A stretch of DNA of 64,000 bases, the filler included, from Circinaria calcarea (Eukaryota), in the NCBI GenBank assembly GCA_051942165.1. It is 8 parts of 8 records of this genome, joined end to end, with 100 filler letters (N's around TTAATTAATTAA, not from the genome) between each part and the next. Parts side by side here need not be neighbours in the genome. Positions count along the whole stretch, not along the records: positions 1 to 8,017 come from JAVECS010001188.1; positions 8,118 to 16,133 come from JAVECS010001189.1; 6 more parts are not named here. One strand, given 5' to 3'. The position numbers were made by a program, and so were the translations under genes. Within the stretch, counting starts at the first letter, position 1. Every line of letters begins with the position of its first letter. The notes beneath the pieces are model-generated. The model was given only the letters and a program-made list of their open reading frames with translations, searched no databases and was not told the DNA's origin. Below are positions 1 to 12,674 of the stretch, piece after piece.

Positions 1-249
1 GTCCTCCACCGCATCCGCCACGACCCCACCCTCGACCCCTCCAACTACATCATCGGCTATGAGGACCGCCACGCCGGGATTATGGAGATTCCCCTCTCGG
101 CCTGGAAAGGTGCCGATAGCACAGACGAGGAGTTTATCCCGCAGACGCGCATCGTGTATTATAAACGAAGAAATGATGGTGTGAAGGTTTGGGATCGAAG
201 GGAGAGGGTGGATTTGGTGTTTGGAAGTGGTGGGACGGGAGGGGAGTGA
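1..249 (+). CDS. 3' end of a gene encoding a C-terminal MJ1316 (DUF504-type) RNA cyclic-phosphate end-recognition domain; 5' part lies outside the window
   Basis: Frame 1 reads VLHRIRHDPTLDPSNYIIGYEDRHAGIMEIPLSAWKGADSTDEEFIPQTRIVYYKRRNDGVKVWDRRERVDLVFGSGGTGGE* (TGA 247-249). This matches the R-I/L-x-x-D-P...GYEDR...EFIPxxR...VWDR pattern. Absent from the ORF track because it has no start codon in the window. Confidence 0.75.
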   Translation, partial: VLHRIRHDPTLDPSNYIIGYEDRHAGIMEIPLSAWKGADSTDEEFIPQTRIVYYKRRNDGVKVWDRRERVDLVFGSGGTGGE

Positions 250-844
250 AGGGAAAGCGGAAGGGTAAAAGGATAAGGGGGAGCAACCTCGTACTCTAGA
301 CCCATTCATGCAGATAGAACCGTAAGAGGACGCAAAGCCTCGTTGCACCGTTCAACCGCAAGCAAAAAGTCATTCCACGCTCATCAATCTATCTAATAAA
401 GGGCATACATACGCTAACAACGAACTTTCCTCTTTACCCCACATTAACACGTAGTAGATTAAAGGCAGAGAACCGCCGTATATACATATCCAGGAAATCG
501 CGTATAGCTACCTACCCGGTCAGGTCCATTCCCCCGGGTTCCCTTTCCAAGTCTACGGGACGGCACAGGACATGCCAACAGCAAAAGCAAAAGGCATAGC
601 AGATTATTCGACCAATTTTTCACCATTTCTCACGTAGCAGCATCAATGAAAAACCAGGCCCCGGGGCCTCAACTGTTTTCTAGTACCCCTAATCTATCTC
701 ATCGTTCTCGGAGAGGGTTCAAACAAGACTCTCGGGTTGCTTCTTCATTCTGCATGCATGCCCCCCTGCTGTCTTTTTTACGGTTTTGGCTCTTCCCCGC
801 TTCGGGGAGCCGGAGTTTATCGCGCTTCCATTCCAGACTTTTAT

Positions 845-3076
845 CTATCTCATTTCAATACTTTCTCCTCCTCCAGCGTTCCCGTCAAGCCTGCTGCCGC
901 CCGTGCGCCGATGGAAGCTCTTGAGCTCCTCGGGACCGCGAACGCTGCTTTCCCCCCGCTCAATTGTATCCGGATCATCTAACCTGCTGCTCGCGGAAGC
1001 CTGGTGTGTCGTTGATGTTCCAGGCGCGGCGGCATCCTCCGCCTGATAGATACCACCGACGGACTCCATCGTAAACGGAGAAGCAACCGGATCATCCAAG
1101 ATGGAAAGCTCCTCGGGCGAAAAGTATTTCGGCAGGACAAAGGTGCGGACGGGGATGAGGAGCAGGATGAAGATCGGAAACCCAATGGCCGCGATTGACT
1201 GGGTGATGGCGAACGTGGCGCCAAAACCGACGAGCTCGAGCGCGACAAAATACCAGATGGCCTTTTTGCGCTTGATGCGGTGCAAGGGGTCCGACGCGGG
1301 GGTCAGATGTTTGTCCTGGCAGAGGTAGAGGATTTTCAGCGTGATGCCGTTGCCTTGGAGGGCTTGGACTCCCATTATAAAGAAGAGTCCAGCAAGAATC
1401 CCTTGGGGAATGAGGTGTAGGACGAAGAGCAGCGGTGCCGACATTGTCCCGAGAGTCAAAAGGCCTTGGGCAAGATTGCTGACTCGCTGCTCAACGACGT
1501 GATCGACTATTCGAGTGGTGTGACCTTTTCCTTTACCCGTCTCAGCCTCATCGGACACTTGTCTGGTGACGCATAGCGAGTTTGTGTGAAAGGGCGCCTG
1601 GGGGATTAATCCATTCGGAAATGGAAGTCCGAGGCAGCCTGCAACTCCGGTTGTGACGCCGAGGAGGAAAATATCGAAGTGGAAGCCCGCCGGCTTTTTC
1701 AAGGGAAACTCAATCCCTTGGGCTATCAGGGACGAAACATTATGATCGAAATAAAAGAGTATGGTTAGGAGTATAGCAAAGGGAATAGCTAAAAATACAT
1801 CTGCGATGCTGATGTCCCAAAAATGAATAAACCATCCGCGATCTTGGGTAGGGTAGAAAGCCTTGCTCGTAGGTAAAGTTTGGAGACTGACCGAACGCAT
1901 CTGCCCAATGTATACGAATCCCGTGAAGAAGACCACGGTCAAGGGCGTACTATAGTCCTCAATGAGCTTTCTAACATGACGTTGAAACAGATTGCTCTTT
2001 CCGATTTCACCGCAGGCATATCCGACAACTAGGACGAGGAGAGCCACCATGATCGAAAGGTATGCGGAAGTATCCCCTGCATCCCATTGCCGTGTTAGTA
2101 CCTGGATGCCCTTTTGAAGGTAGATGAAGGCTACGTAGAAGCCAAAGATATCGCAACTGAACCTCGTTACATAGGTCAGAGCGTTGCAAGCATTGGTAAT
2201 AGCAAGAATCCAATGCATAGCCAGAGACCACCTACGAGCTATCAGCCAATTCGATCGGATATCATTTCAAAGGTGGTATACAATCCGATCCTGCACATGA
2301 ATGCCAAATAATTACTTCCCCGAGGTGTTATTATATCATAAACTGTATAGTTAAAGACGGTTATTGGACCTGCACACTGATCAACCACAACATTCGAAGA
2401 CAAAGAAAGGAAAACTACCGGTTACCCCGACTATAACGAGAGGCTGAATAGCTGCTAGGGAAAATACAACCGAGCCTAGCACAGAAGCAAGCAAAACTTC
2501 ATTGACCCCATAACTCATTCCCGTTTTCGCAAACATATCCAATGAGAATGCCAAGGCAGGAAGTATACTGTTTAAATGTGATCAGTTCGTTTCACTTGTA
2601 TATGCATACAGAACTTTAGAATAATAAGTAAAGAAATGCCAAACACCATTGGAAACAAGGAACTAAAGGAAAAGGATTGCCATAATTCATAGACCAAAAG
2701 CGACAACTTGACGCTCTATGGATTGAAGACCATACTTTGTAAAATATGTATAAATGGTGGCAGGGCAAACCCTGTAATCTAGGGCATCCGTCCAGTCACT
2801 CCAGTAGTATGGTGCCCGCCTCCGTACATCCTGCATCATGCCTCTGAAGAACTTGATTTTCCACCATTTCTTCTCCGATGCGTTCGGAGCAGTAGTTGGA
2901 GCATGGGACGCTTCACAAGACAGAGTCTCCTGCCTCTCTCGCGGCGTCCCAGTCGGCGAATGGAAAGAACGCATGTGTTTTTGGCCTGGCTTCTTCTGGC
3001 GGAGTCCGGCCCGGGGAGGTGGATCTGCAGGAAGGTGGAGGTGGGAGGACGAAGGCACCGTATCTGTTGCTTCCAT
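845..3076 (-). CDS. BOR1: SLC4/HCO3- cotransporter family borate exporter (Bor1-like), 4 exons
   Basis: The ORFs 2687-3076 (RRAPYYWSDW...YRV.PAT) and 845-2218 (TRFSCDIFGFYV, LFYFDHNVSSL, GLIPQAPFH, EQRVSNLAQG) are joined by GT-AG introns through exons NILPALAFSLDMF...QPLVIVGVTGPI. Confidence 0.9.
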
Positions 3077-4756
3077 GGTCTGCCTTACCTAAAGAAACTC
3101 TCTTACGGACTGTCATGAGAGAGGCTATTTAGCCTTGTACATGATACTAGAATATGGGGCTCAAGCTTGATGTTCGCAGTATCAATCATTTTTGCAGGGA
3201 TCGACAACCCAATGACCATATTTGGCTAGTCAAACATTGCGGAACCGAATAACAAAGACATCTCCGCACTCGCAAAAGAAGCTCAGAGGTTAGGTGGGAG
3301 CATTGTCCGGTGGAAAAGTCTATGTTAGACATCAAAATTTTCTACTGATCGTGATGTGGAAGAATGACTTAAATTGGAAAAACTCAATAGCATCCTACTC
3401 ATCTTTGAAAAAGGACCATGGTCTACCATCCAACCATGTTTAGATGGAGTCGTCCTCCAGGAGCAGATTCTAAGGATTAGACTGGGAAATTTGAGGAAAA
3501 CACTGGCTTGCTGCTTACATCGATCAAGAGCCAGACGCTTATACTCCCGATTAGAAGTGAGGCAACACTGCTAACATCGCTTGAAATGTATCTCGGGGCT
3601 AGCTTTGGCTTCTACTTCTTATCTAAGGTCATGAGGCACATCTGCATGGGGGACTGCCATAGCGCTTAGCAAGGCTGAAGGAAATTGGTTAGTGACGTTG
3701 AACCAACTGAAGCTTTTGTTCACCTTGGAGATAGCCTCGTATACATCATTCCTTCTAAAACTATACAGTCTAGCTTCGAGACAGGCAGCCCAAGTCTTCT
3801 GAAGGCTTTCTTCTCTGCTACTCATCGACCTGCGACCTTTTGCTTTCTCTCTCTAAGCCGGCTCAAAAGCGTGGCACAGCCCCGACACGCATCTGCGACT
3901 TGATCAGACCATGAGCATTGCCGTTGCTGTTATTGGATTCGTTGCCTTTCTAAGATACCTCATATCGAGAATATACCTTCTGGTCGAGATGATCCTCGCC
4001 ATACCCTATATACAGGAACCAATACTTATCAGTGGCATATTACGAGGACTTTGATATGTTGATTACTTTGTTATAAGCCGGGGGCTCGCCTTCTATTTAA
4101 TTGATTTAACTCGGTCTTGCTAGAAGAATATAACCGCCTCGCGGTGTGTAGAAGGGAATCCTCAGAACTCCGTCTCATTTAGAGCAAATATCTAGACTTT
4201 CTGAGTAAAAATACGATAAGAAGGTGGATGAATAAGTCAGCATCACTTCACTCTAATGAGTCCATATCTCTCCTCCCGGGTAGAAGGTATTTGCAGTGCG
4301 TAAGGCTATGTATTAGTAATGGCGCTATAGAAAGCTCGATCCGAGTGCTAGCTTAAATGTAGACCTGCTCGTGGGCGGGCGTTGGAGGTGTTTCGTCCAA
4401 CGTACGCATACCGTGTGGCGACGATTACGAGCCTGTTCTTGTCGAAAAGCCGTTGAGATATTGCGGTACCAGAATCAGATCCTACCGCGGGAGGCACACG
4501 GCTATTACTATATGGCCTTATTGAATCTGACCCTTCTCTACCGTTCAACGGAGCCGGCCTTTGAAAGTTATCCGCAGATAGTATATTGAGATGAGAGTTG
4601 TCGTCCCTCAAGTATCTTGACGTTCTGTAAATCCGACATCGTACATCTTCGTCCGTTCCCAAAATCCTTGCAGAATATGCTCGATTTCTCTGATATATAG
4701 TGTGGGGGGTCGACTGCGCATCCTCTAAGGACCCTGAGCAGAACGATAGATTGGCC

Positions 4757-5557
4757 TCAGCTACTTTCTGTCCTTGCTTCTCCCAGAAGCTCTGTGATGG
4801 TAACTATGCGATAACCTTTGCGCCGGATCTCGGGGAGCACTTTCCGTAGCATTGGAGCCGTCCAGCTCCTTTTATCATGACAGATGATGATGCCTCCAGG
4901 CTGGAACATGGAGAGTATATGCCTTGCATTGACAAGCGAAAATGGTATTTGCGCGTCGTGTGGATAAATATTACCAAGGACCAGACGATATCCAAGACTG
5001 CGGAGCGTCTTACCCATCTTTTCGCTGAAGAAGCCGGAACCTGGCCGAAAGTATTTGGGAGGAGGCTCGGTGTCAACGGCAGCGTATGCTTTGTGAATCA
5101 TTTCTTCTACCGAGTGGATCTGATCGACGAGAGTGGCATCGCTTAAGCTTCGTGAGGGCTCGTCGTGCATAGCATGATTTCCCAGCTCGTTTCCGTTGCG
5201 TACGAGGTCTTGCAGCGTCGCCTCGTGCCCTGCGACTTGCGATCCGATGATGAAGAATGTCGCGGTGGCACCGTTGGCATCAAGGATTTGCATGATCTCG
5301 TTGGTGTGCTCCGATGGCCCATCGTCGATTGTGAGCGCAACGACCTTGGAAGAAGTCGGCACGCGCCAGAGGACGTCTGGCCAGCGGTGCTGGAGATAGC
5401 GTATCAGAACCGCTGGGGGTTTGTAGATTACGTAGAGAGGCGCGATCAAGATGCACATGACACTTAACAGAATAAGAATTGTCATGGCCCTCGAGCGTCG
5501 AGCTCTTCTATGTAGCTTGGAGGGCAGGCGAAACAAAGTGGAGACGTGATACATCAA
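4757..5557 (-). CDS. Polysaccharide deacetylase (CE4/NodB) with N-terminal membrane anchor; intronless
   Basis: Motifs VALTIDDGP, ATFFIIG, ELGNHAMHD, YFRPGSG and IIICHD; hydrophobic stretch MTILILLSVMCILIAPLYVIY. The true start may be a downstream ATG. Confidence 0.88.
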   Translation of the reverse strand: MMYHVSTLFRLPSKLHRRARRSRAMTILILLSVMCILIAPLYVIYKPPAVLIRYLQHRWPDVLWRVPTSSKVVALTIDDGPSEHTNEIMQILDANGATATFFIIGSQVAGHEATLQDLVRNGNELGNHAMHDEPSRSLSDATLVDQIHSVEEMIHKAYAAVDTEPPPKYFRPGSGFFSEKMGKTLRSLGYRLVLGNIYPHDAQIPFSLVNARHILSMFQPGGIIICHDKRSWTAPMLRKVLPEIRRKGYRIVTITELLGEARTESS

Positions 5558-6601
5558 AGAATCAGCAGATTGTTCAGCCTAGAAAGTGGAATCAGCTTAC
5601 GACGAGATCCTGAGGCATAACGATAGTCTGATAGGAAGAAAAAGCCAGAGTAAGCACTGGAGGGGGCCCTTGAGACCATACCGCTCTATTTTCATACGAA
5701 TCTAGGTATGCGAATCTTTTCGAGCATACAGGATTTGCACATTTACGGGTACGTGAAAGTCGACCAACCCATAGGATCGTTCGAATAACTCTCTTCAAAG
5801 GGACTTTGTTTGAAAAATCCAATCTGAGCAAATCAGATTATTGATCCTGATTATAGTGTGATCAAGACGTCATCCAGTGTTGGTGGAGTACTCTGTACCC
5901 TTCGGCGCCAATATAGCGTGGGAGCCGCTTCGGTGCTAAAACCGATCACCCCTGACGCTAAAGCATTTATCCACTTCTCCCTCGCCTTTACTGTGGTAGC
6001 TTCCAACACTGTTGTCGTTGTCCCTACGAGCAACTTCAACCTAAGGTTGGATGATGAAGGTACTATGATATGGAACTCACCCGAGCAATGAGATAGTTGT
6101 AAGCTACCTGAGTATCTCTTTAACTGTTGCTATCCGTCATGGTATTATTTAACCGCTGCTTTACGTGTTTACGTCCTTGTGGTACAATTTGCTGGCGGCA
6201 TAGCTGAAAATGCGAATCCCCTACGGCCAATTATAGCGTACCTGCAGTAGTGTTGTAATCCATACCCTGCAAGCTTGCCTTTTACCCTTGACGAACGAAT
6301 CAATGCTTCGGCCAGTCGTGACGGGGTGGTCATTTAAGATAAGATTGGCCGGGCTAACGCAACTCCTATTCCTCTTTAATTTCCCGGTGTTATAATAACC
6401 AAGCGCCTGTACTCTCCTCCTCTCACACACACACAGCATCTTCGACACTCACTTTGAGACTTTATTTCAAGCGCCGGTTTCCTTTGCTTCGACTTCGGTC
6501 ATATTCCACTCATTGAAAGCCACTCCACGACTACACTCTCTTAATTCGTGCTCTTCCCAACTCTTCAACTTAAAAACATTCAACACTCAGAAATTATCAA
6601 G

Positions 6602-7471
6602 ATGCGTTACTCATTCGTCATTGCTGCCGCCTTTGTTGGTGCTGCCACTGCAACGACCTATGTCTCCCAAATCGGCGACGGCCAACCCCAAGCGCCATAC
6701 ATCACTCCCGTCACGTCCAGCGCCGCAGTCGAAGTCACTCGCTACACAACCCAACAGGTGACCGTCACCAGCTGCGCTGCCGACATCAAGAGCTGTCCGG
6801 CCGAGTCCACCGTTGTTTCTACCATGACCTACCCGGTAGTGAGCACCAATGCTGCCAGCTCGTCCGTCGCTGCGTCATCAACGTACACTGTCATCTCTGT
6901 CGCATCGTCTAGCTCTTCGGCTGTCGTTGCCACTTCGTACCCGATCGCTTCCGAATCAACTTCAGTCGCTGCTGTCCCCGAATCATCAGCAGCATCGTAC
7001 AGCATGACTTCCGCAGCTCCTTCGGTTGTTCCATCTGAAACACCGTCAACGTCTTCTCCAGTAGCTGTATCGGTCTCATCAAATAATGCAGCCCTTCCTG
7101 CTACTTCTGCCCCATTGATTTCGGTCATCACAATCAGCACGTGTGTGCCCACTACCATACTCTCGACTGTCACTGTTGGCGCTGTTGGCATCGGTGCCTC
7201 CCCGTCTGAATCCTCCAGCGCTGCTCCAACTTTTGTCACTGCTCCCGTAGCCCCTGGTATCCCGTCCTCAACCGGCGTTGGTGCTGCGTCCGGAACTGGG
7301 TAAATGGTCCCAAAATGCTTGAATTGTTTCTTATGCTCATACTTTTCCAGAGCGTCTGTCCCACTACCGACCAGCTCACCAATCGCTCCTTTCACCGGGT
7401 CGGCCAGCTCCTTTGGTGCCTCCATGGCTTTGGCTGGCATAGCCGCAGTTGCTGCCGTTCTCTTTGCATAA
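6602..7471 (+). CDS. Secreted Ser/Thr-rich GPI-anchored cell-wall protein with a PIR-type repeat, 2 exons
   Basis: Signal peptide MRYSFVIAAAFVGAATA, then VSQIGDGQPQA and an S/T/A/V-rich body. Intron 7300-7350 (GTAAAT...TTCCAG) joins a last exon ending PFTGSASSFGASMALAGIAAVAAVLFA*, a typical GPI signal. Confidence 0.85.
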
Positions 7472-8017
7472 ATCAGCCGGTCGTGATGATACCCTTGCAT
7501 TTGACCTGAACATTAGAAAAGCATAGTTGGATGTTAAGACTGTATTCGGTGTATCAAATAGGAATCTTTGAGGCATTTCCTGCGCGTGGATAACCAAAAT
7601 CATGGCTGCCTTACAAGTTTTGTTGGATCGAGATTCTAGTGCATAGCACTACTAGTTAGATAAATGTACTAATTAGATAAATGTGGTGCCTCCAAAGGTC
7701 TATGACCATGTATGCCATTCCTTACTCCCATACCCCCTTATTTAACCGCATACACACCCCCTCTTTCATACTCCCCGCTTCATTACATCTTACTGCCATA
7801 CCGCTTTATACTGATATGGCTATGTTAACTGCATATATAAAGCAGTTTAACGTACGTAACGCAATCAACGAAGTCAATAAATTGCGTCGCGCAAAGATGT
7901 ATCAATTCAACAGCTAATCTACTAAAGCTAATTTTCCTTCGCTCCCTTTTTCTTGACTGGTGAGGTGAGAGTTCCCTTTTCCCCCCCCTTTTTCTTAAAA
8001 GCCTGTACCCCGGGAAC

Positions 8018-8117
8018 NNNNNNNNNNNNNNNNNNNNNNNNNNNNNNNNNNNNNNNNNNNNTTAATTAATTAANNNNNNNNNNNNNNNNNNNNNNNNNNN
8101 NNNNNNNNNNNNNNNNN
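8018..8117. other. Artificial contig spacer N44-TTAATTAATTAA-N44
   Basis: Exactly 100 bp, with stops in all six frames; identical at seven positions in the window. Confidence 0.98.
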
Positions 8118-8794
8118 AGTACAAGTACCTTAAAAACAAGTACCTTAAACTCCTCCTCCCCTACACCCAGGAAACCCATCCATGGTTTTATCTATTGCCC
8201 GGGGGCCAAAATAGAACACTTTGGTCATGTATTGACTCCATAACCATCGAATCAAAAATCCTCATCAAAATTCATTTGAAAACATTTTCACATCAACATC
8301 GGCAACAAAGTTCGGACCTAGCTCCGTACGGGGGGGGGGCGTCAACCGACTTTCCCAGACTATCTACTTTACGGGGCAGCTAAGACCCCCATCCATCTAT
8401 TTTCTTTCGCGCTGAGATAAAGGAAGCAGCACTAATTTCTGCAACAGGACGATCTTCAAAGTCCGAACCCGACGCTGAAAACCAGGGCTATTCTAAATCA
8501 AACCACGGAACTTTCTCCGCCCGGTTGTGGCCTTTCTTTCCATCATCGGCGATGACCCTCCTTCAGAAGAAGAAAGGGAAGAGGAAGAAGAGGGCGAACT
8601 CGCCAAGGATCCCCCGCAGCGGAAAAGCGATAATGCACGTCTCCTTGACCACCGTAGACCCCACCCCTTAGTCAGTGCCCGGTGTTCTTGGGGAATTATC
8701 GGTTATGAATTCCACTTGTTTCCCCTCAGCCAAACCACATTCCGATTCGCCCACTCCTTCATGATGCCACAAGGCAACCAAGAATTACTACCCA

Positions 8795-11700
8795 TCAACT
8801 GATATCCAGTCCTCTGCTAGGACTATCCCCCAGTCCCAAGTCCCAAACCCCATTCCCACTTGCGGACCCTTCGCCCGGGTCTTCGTAAACGCCAAACCAC
8901 GCGGGAGGACTGCTTGGCATCCCCGCATCGAACTCTCCGAATCCGAATCCCTGATCGCCGTCTAGGAAGTGGCTTGCCGATGTAGACCCGTCCATGGCGC
9001 GCATCGGGGAGAAGTTGAGGAATTTGGACGGACTGTCCTGGTGGCGATCGGCTTCGGAGAGGACTTGATTGAGGTGCGCGGTAAACGGTGTCATTTCTTC
9101 CATCGGCGATTGCTTCTCACTAGATTTACTCGGCGTGCGCTTGGGTGTGGTGGACGCGTGGAGGAAAGCTTTCGCGGCCGATGAGAAGAAATCGCCGGTG
9201 CCTAGAGACTGCTTGGAAGCCACGAGGTTTCGAGTGGGAGTCTTAAAAGGGTTGTGCTTGTTAGACGAGGGCGGAGTGGAAGGGCAGGAAGCGGGCTGGG
9301 CTGGCTCGTCAAAAAGATCATCGAGGCCATCATCAATGCCATCGTTGGGGGGCGGTGGAAAGTTCTCCTTATCCGATTGATTGCAGGTGATATTGTTATG
9401 AAGCCTCCTACTCTTCCTTGGACTGTCTTCGTAACTCGGAGCGCTTGTATTTGCTTCCTTTTCTACCAGGGGGGTTGGGTCTATTGATGGTTTCGGCGAG
9501 GGAAATAGAATCCGTCTTGTTGGCTTAGAGGCCTGGTCGCCGTCAAGCTCGATTGGTACGTCTTTCGTTCCAATCACGCGCGCGGGCGACGATTGTATGG
9601 CTCTCTGAAGCGCAATCAGGGCTCCTGTTTCATTCAAACCGTCAGACTTGGTCTGACGAACATCAGTCAATTGTACACCTTGTCCCTTCTGTCTCCGTAG
9701 AGGTGGTAGCTGCTGGTCATTTGCTTTGTGGGAGCGAGAATCACTCTGAGCTCCATCAACTGGAGAAGAACCATCAGAAGACATGGCAGTCCCATCTGAC
9801 GTCTTTTTGGTAGACCTTTTGGTTCTATCAGTTTTTGCTTTCTTTCGTAAACCCTTTTTTTTGCCATTCTCATCGAACCGATCTCGAGATTCTTTCCATA
9901 ACTCCCGTGGTCGTAAGCATTGCCGGTTGTGAAGCCATAATCCGCATGCTGCAGTCAAATTAGTTAACAAAGAAAAAGTAGTAGTAAACGTAACTTACGA
10001 TTGCAAAGAAGGATCTCCTCAAAGTCGACATCAGTCTTTAGAAGTGACTTTTTGAAGATCTTGAACAGAGTTATCATCCCCTTTGCGTCCGTCTCAATGG
10101 TTTGGACTGCGACTATTCCCCCTTCGCTTCTTGAGATTTCAACATGTTCCGGGGTACCACTGTGCAACTTCGTCCAGGCTTTCCTCCATGTTGGTGTTTC
10201 GATTGCGCCGCAGTTCTCGCAGAAAGGCGGCATTCCCCCAGCGGCAATGGTGTCTGCTAGTTTGCTTTGAATCTGCTTCTTACGCTTGACACCAGATCCA
10301 GATCGAGAGCTGGGCCGTTTTGGAGCAACAATACCCTCTGAGCCCATCGGCGCGTCTGAAGCAGGATGCAGCACACCATGACCCGACCATGTCTGCGATC
10401 GTTGAAGCATACCACCAGTTGGTCGAACAGGATCGCTTGCAGCAACAAGTGGTAATGCAGAGCCACCGGTGGACGCCGTACGATTCAGCATCCGTGGTAA
10501 GTGTGAATCTTCTGCTCCCTTGGTCGGTTTAAAACTAAACTCGTTTACCTCTTGCTCTTCTGTATGAATTTTCTTTGTAACTGCTACATTTACAGTTTCT
10601 CCCTGGATTGGCTGTACCGATGCCGTGCCGTCACGCCTATCGTACTGAGCAGCGATTTCGAGATCTAGATCATCGAGTGGACGATCCTCATCGTCCTCGA
10701 ACAGGTCATCTATAGGGCCACTCATGAATCCAGAATCAAAGTCACCGGATAAGCCGGGCAACATCGGGCTCGATGGCGCTGGGGAGGTATTCCGGAATAC
10801 CGGCGGGGAGGATGCGATATCTAACCCAGCTGGGGACTTGGATGTGCTGAATCTGCGACGATCCTCAGGAGAAGTCGTGGCTAGGTTTGGTAGTTTTGCA
10901 GAATCTTCGCATTGGCCATACGGAGAGGTGTATTCTGCGTTGTTCGTCGAGAATGACTCACGGCCAAGACTGCTTCTGCCTTGAGCCAAAGCTGGCCGTA
11001 AGCCATGATTGCCCAGTTTGGGAATCGGCGTTGGTGCCCTAGGTGGCTCTTCCAATGAACCCGCGGTACTAGCCAGAGGCCGTATTGCCGTCGGCTGGAA
11101 GACTCGCACTGATGCTGCTGTACTTGCGACGACCCGTAACGAGTCAACCTGTTGTCCAAAGCTACCTTTACTAGGCCATTCCCCTTTGGTAACTTTGGCT
11201 CGTTTTCTAGCACGTTCTCCAAATCGGTCCTCGTTGCTTGCGTATCCAAGATCTACTGAGCTCCCACGTGATCGAGTTTGTAAGTTTCCGGCTCGACTTG
11301 GAGCCCTCGAAGCGAGCTCTCCTAGATTTGGACGAGAGGTAAGATCAGTTGTAGTCGACTGGGTGGTCATAGCTGGGCTTCCAGCTCGAAACGAATCTTG
11401 ATTCACACTGACATTGGAATAGCTGTCTCGTCTCTGACTTTGGCCGTTGCCGGCTCTAGGTTGATGCGTGTAACCTTCGTGGAACAACCTTTGTACATGT
11501 TCAATACCAACATCCCTCGGTGTGCCCCCTCCTCCATTAGGCGATTGACTACTGCCTTGGTCTGGCAGGGAAAGGATTCCAGGGTTCGCTTGGATAAAAT
11601 TGGACCACGCCTGAGCATCGAATCCCTCCGGCATGACCTTACTAAGCTCTCGATACTTGCGCATGCTATCAATAAACTCGCTCTGGAGACATGTAGGTAC

Positions 11701-12277
11701 AGGTACTAAGCGCAGTTTCACCTCGAGAGTCTCTTGTGGACCGCCGGAGAAAAGCCCCAAGATATTTTTGCAGACGCGTCCTGTCACCGAAATCCTTGAT
11801 TCTTGGGCAGGCGCCGGTGGGGATGAGTTTGCTAGAACCCATGATAGCATCCCTTGACCTACCAATGGCGTCTCGTACTCGGAGTAGTCATATGCGTAGA
11901 CAGTATAATCTTGTCCAAGTTTTGCAATTAATTCAGGGCTAGCAGAAACAATGGCCTTTATGCATGTATTCAGATCGATTATTCCGATCAACGTGCTCTC
12001 GTCAAGATAGGCGGTGCGAACTCTAAGTACTTGAGGCCAGCGAGCAAGGCAATTGGTTTTGTTCTGGTCGTCGAATGTGTATAGTACTTTCACTGAGCAG
12101 ATGACAGTTAGTAAGAACTTGCTCATCAGGGGATTGTTATTGCGTACACTTCATTAGTCGTATGTCAAGGTCTTGTGTAGCTTGGTTATATGATGAATGC
12201 TCAACAGTGCGCCCAGGCGATGAGCCGCCAGCTTGATCTGAGAAGCCATCATAGGGTGTCATGAATGGTGAAGACAT
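8795..12277 (-). CDS. AMS2: Ams2/Spt21-family GATA-type transcription factor, at least 3 exons
   Basis: N-terminal RLMKLKVLYTFDDQNKTNCLARWP...QDYTVYAYDYSEYETPLVGQG (Ams2/Spt21 domain, formed after splicing a GTACGC...CTCAG intron). Zinc finger CENCGAIETPTWR...LLCNPCGLWL is split by a GTAAGT...TGCAG intron. Ends in an MPSSPP-containing tail. Confidence 0.85.
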
Positions 12278-12668
12278 AGTGATCTCCAGCGGTGGGATAT
12301 CGGACGAGAGCGGGTCATTCGAGTTCCAGCAATGTCAAGTGTCGATAATCAGCTACTCAGCAAAGACATTAATCATAGTTGGCGCATCCTCGTTGGCGTC
12401 ACAGTAAGAGAAGAAAGCTCAGGTCTAGTATCGAAAGTCGTAGGATTAATTGACCTCTAAAGAGCAGGTATCAAACAATGGATGACAAGTTCCCGACACT
12501 TGACCCAGTGAAGAGTGTAGGAGCAGGTCTTTAAACTGGAGAAGAAAGACAGCCTGCAGCCTAATCGGTGAATGAAAGATGCATGAGGTGTCGTTTATAT
12601 CAAAGTGAATGAGTACGAATGAGTACGAAAGACTTTGGCGAAAGTGTTAAAGCACAGTCCTACCCAAG

Positions 12669-12674
12669 ACGCGT
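12669..12674. promoter_or_regulatory. Candidate MCB element (ACGCGT) in the AMS2/SMD2 divergent promoter
   Basis: Exact ACGCGT about 390 bp upstream of the AMS2 ATG. A single hexamer is weak evidence. Confidence 0.3.

Noticed and set aside
3150..4700. Short ORFs between BOR1 and the deacetylase
   Set aside because: No recognisable motifs or consistent exon chain; could be decayed sequence but cannot be supported.
5851..6100. Possible minus-strand gene relic with a GTGAGT...CTTAG intron
   Set aside because: Frames close quickly and no family is recognisable.
6829..7500. 223-aa minus-strand ORF
   Set aside because: Antisense shadow of the Ser/Thr-rich GPI protein.
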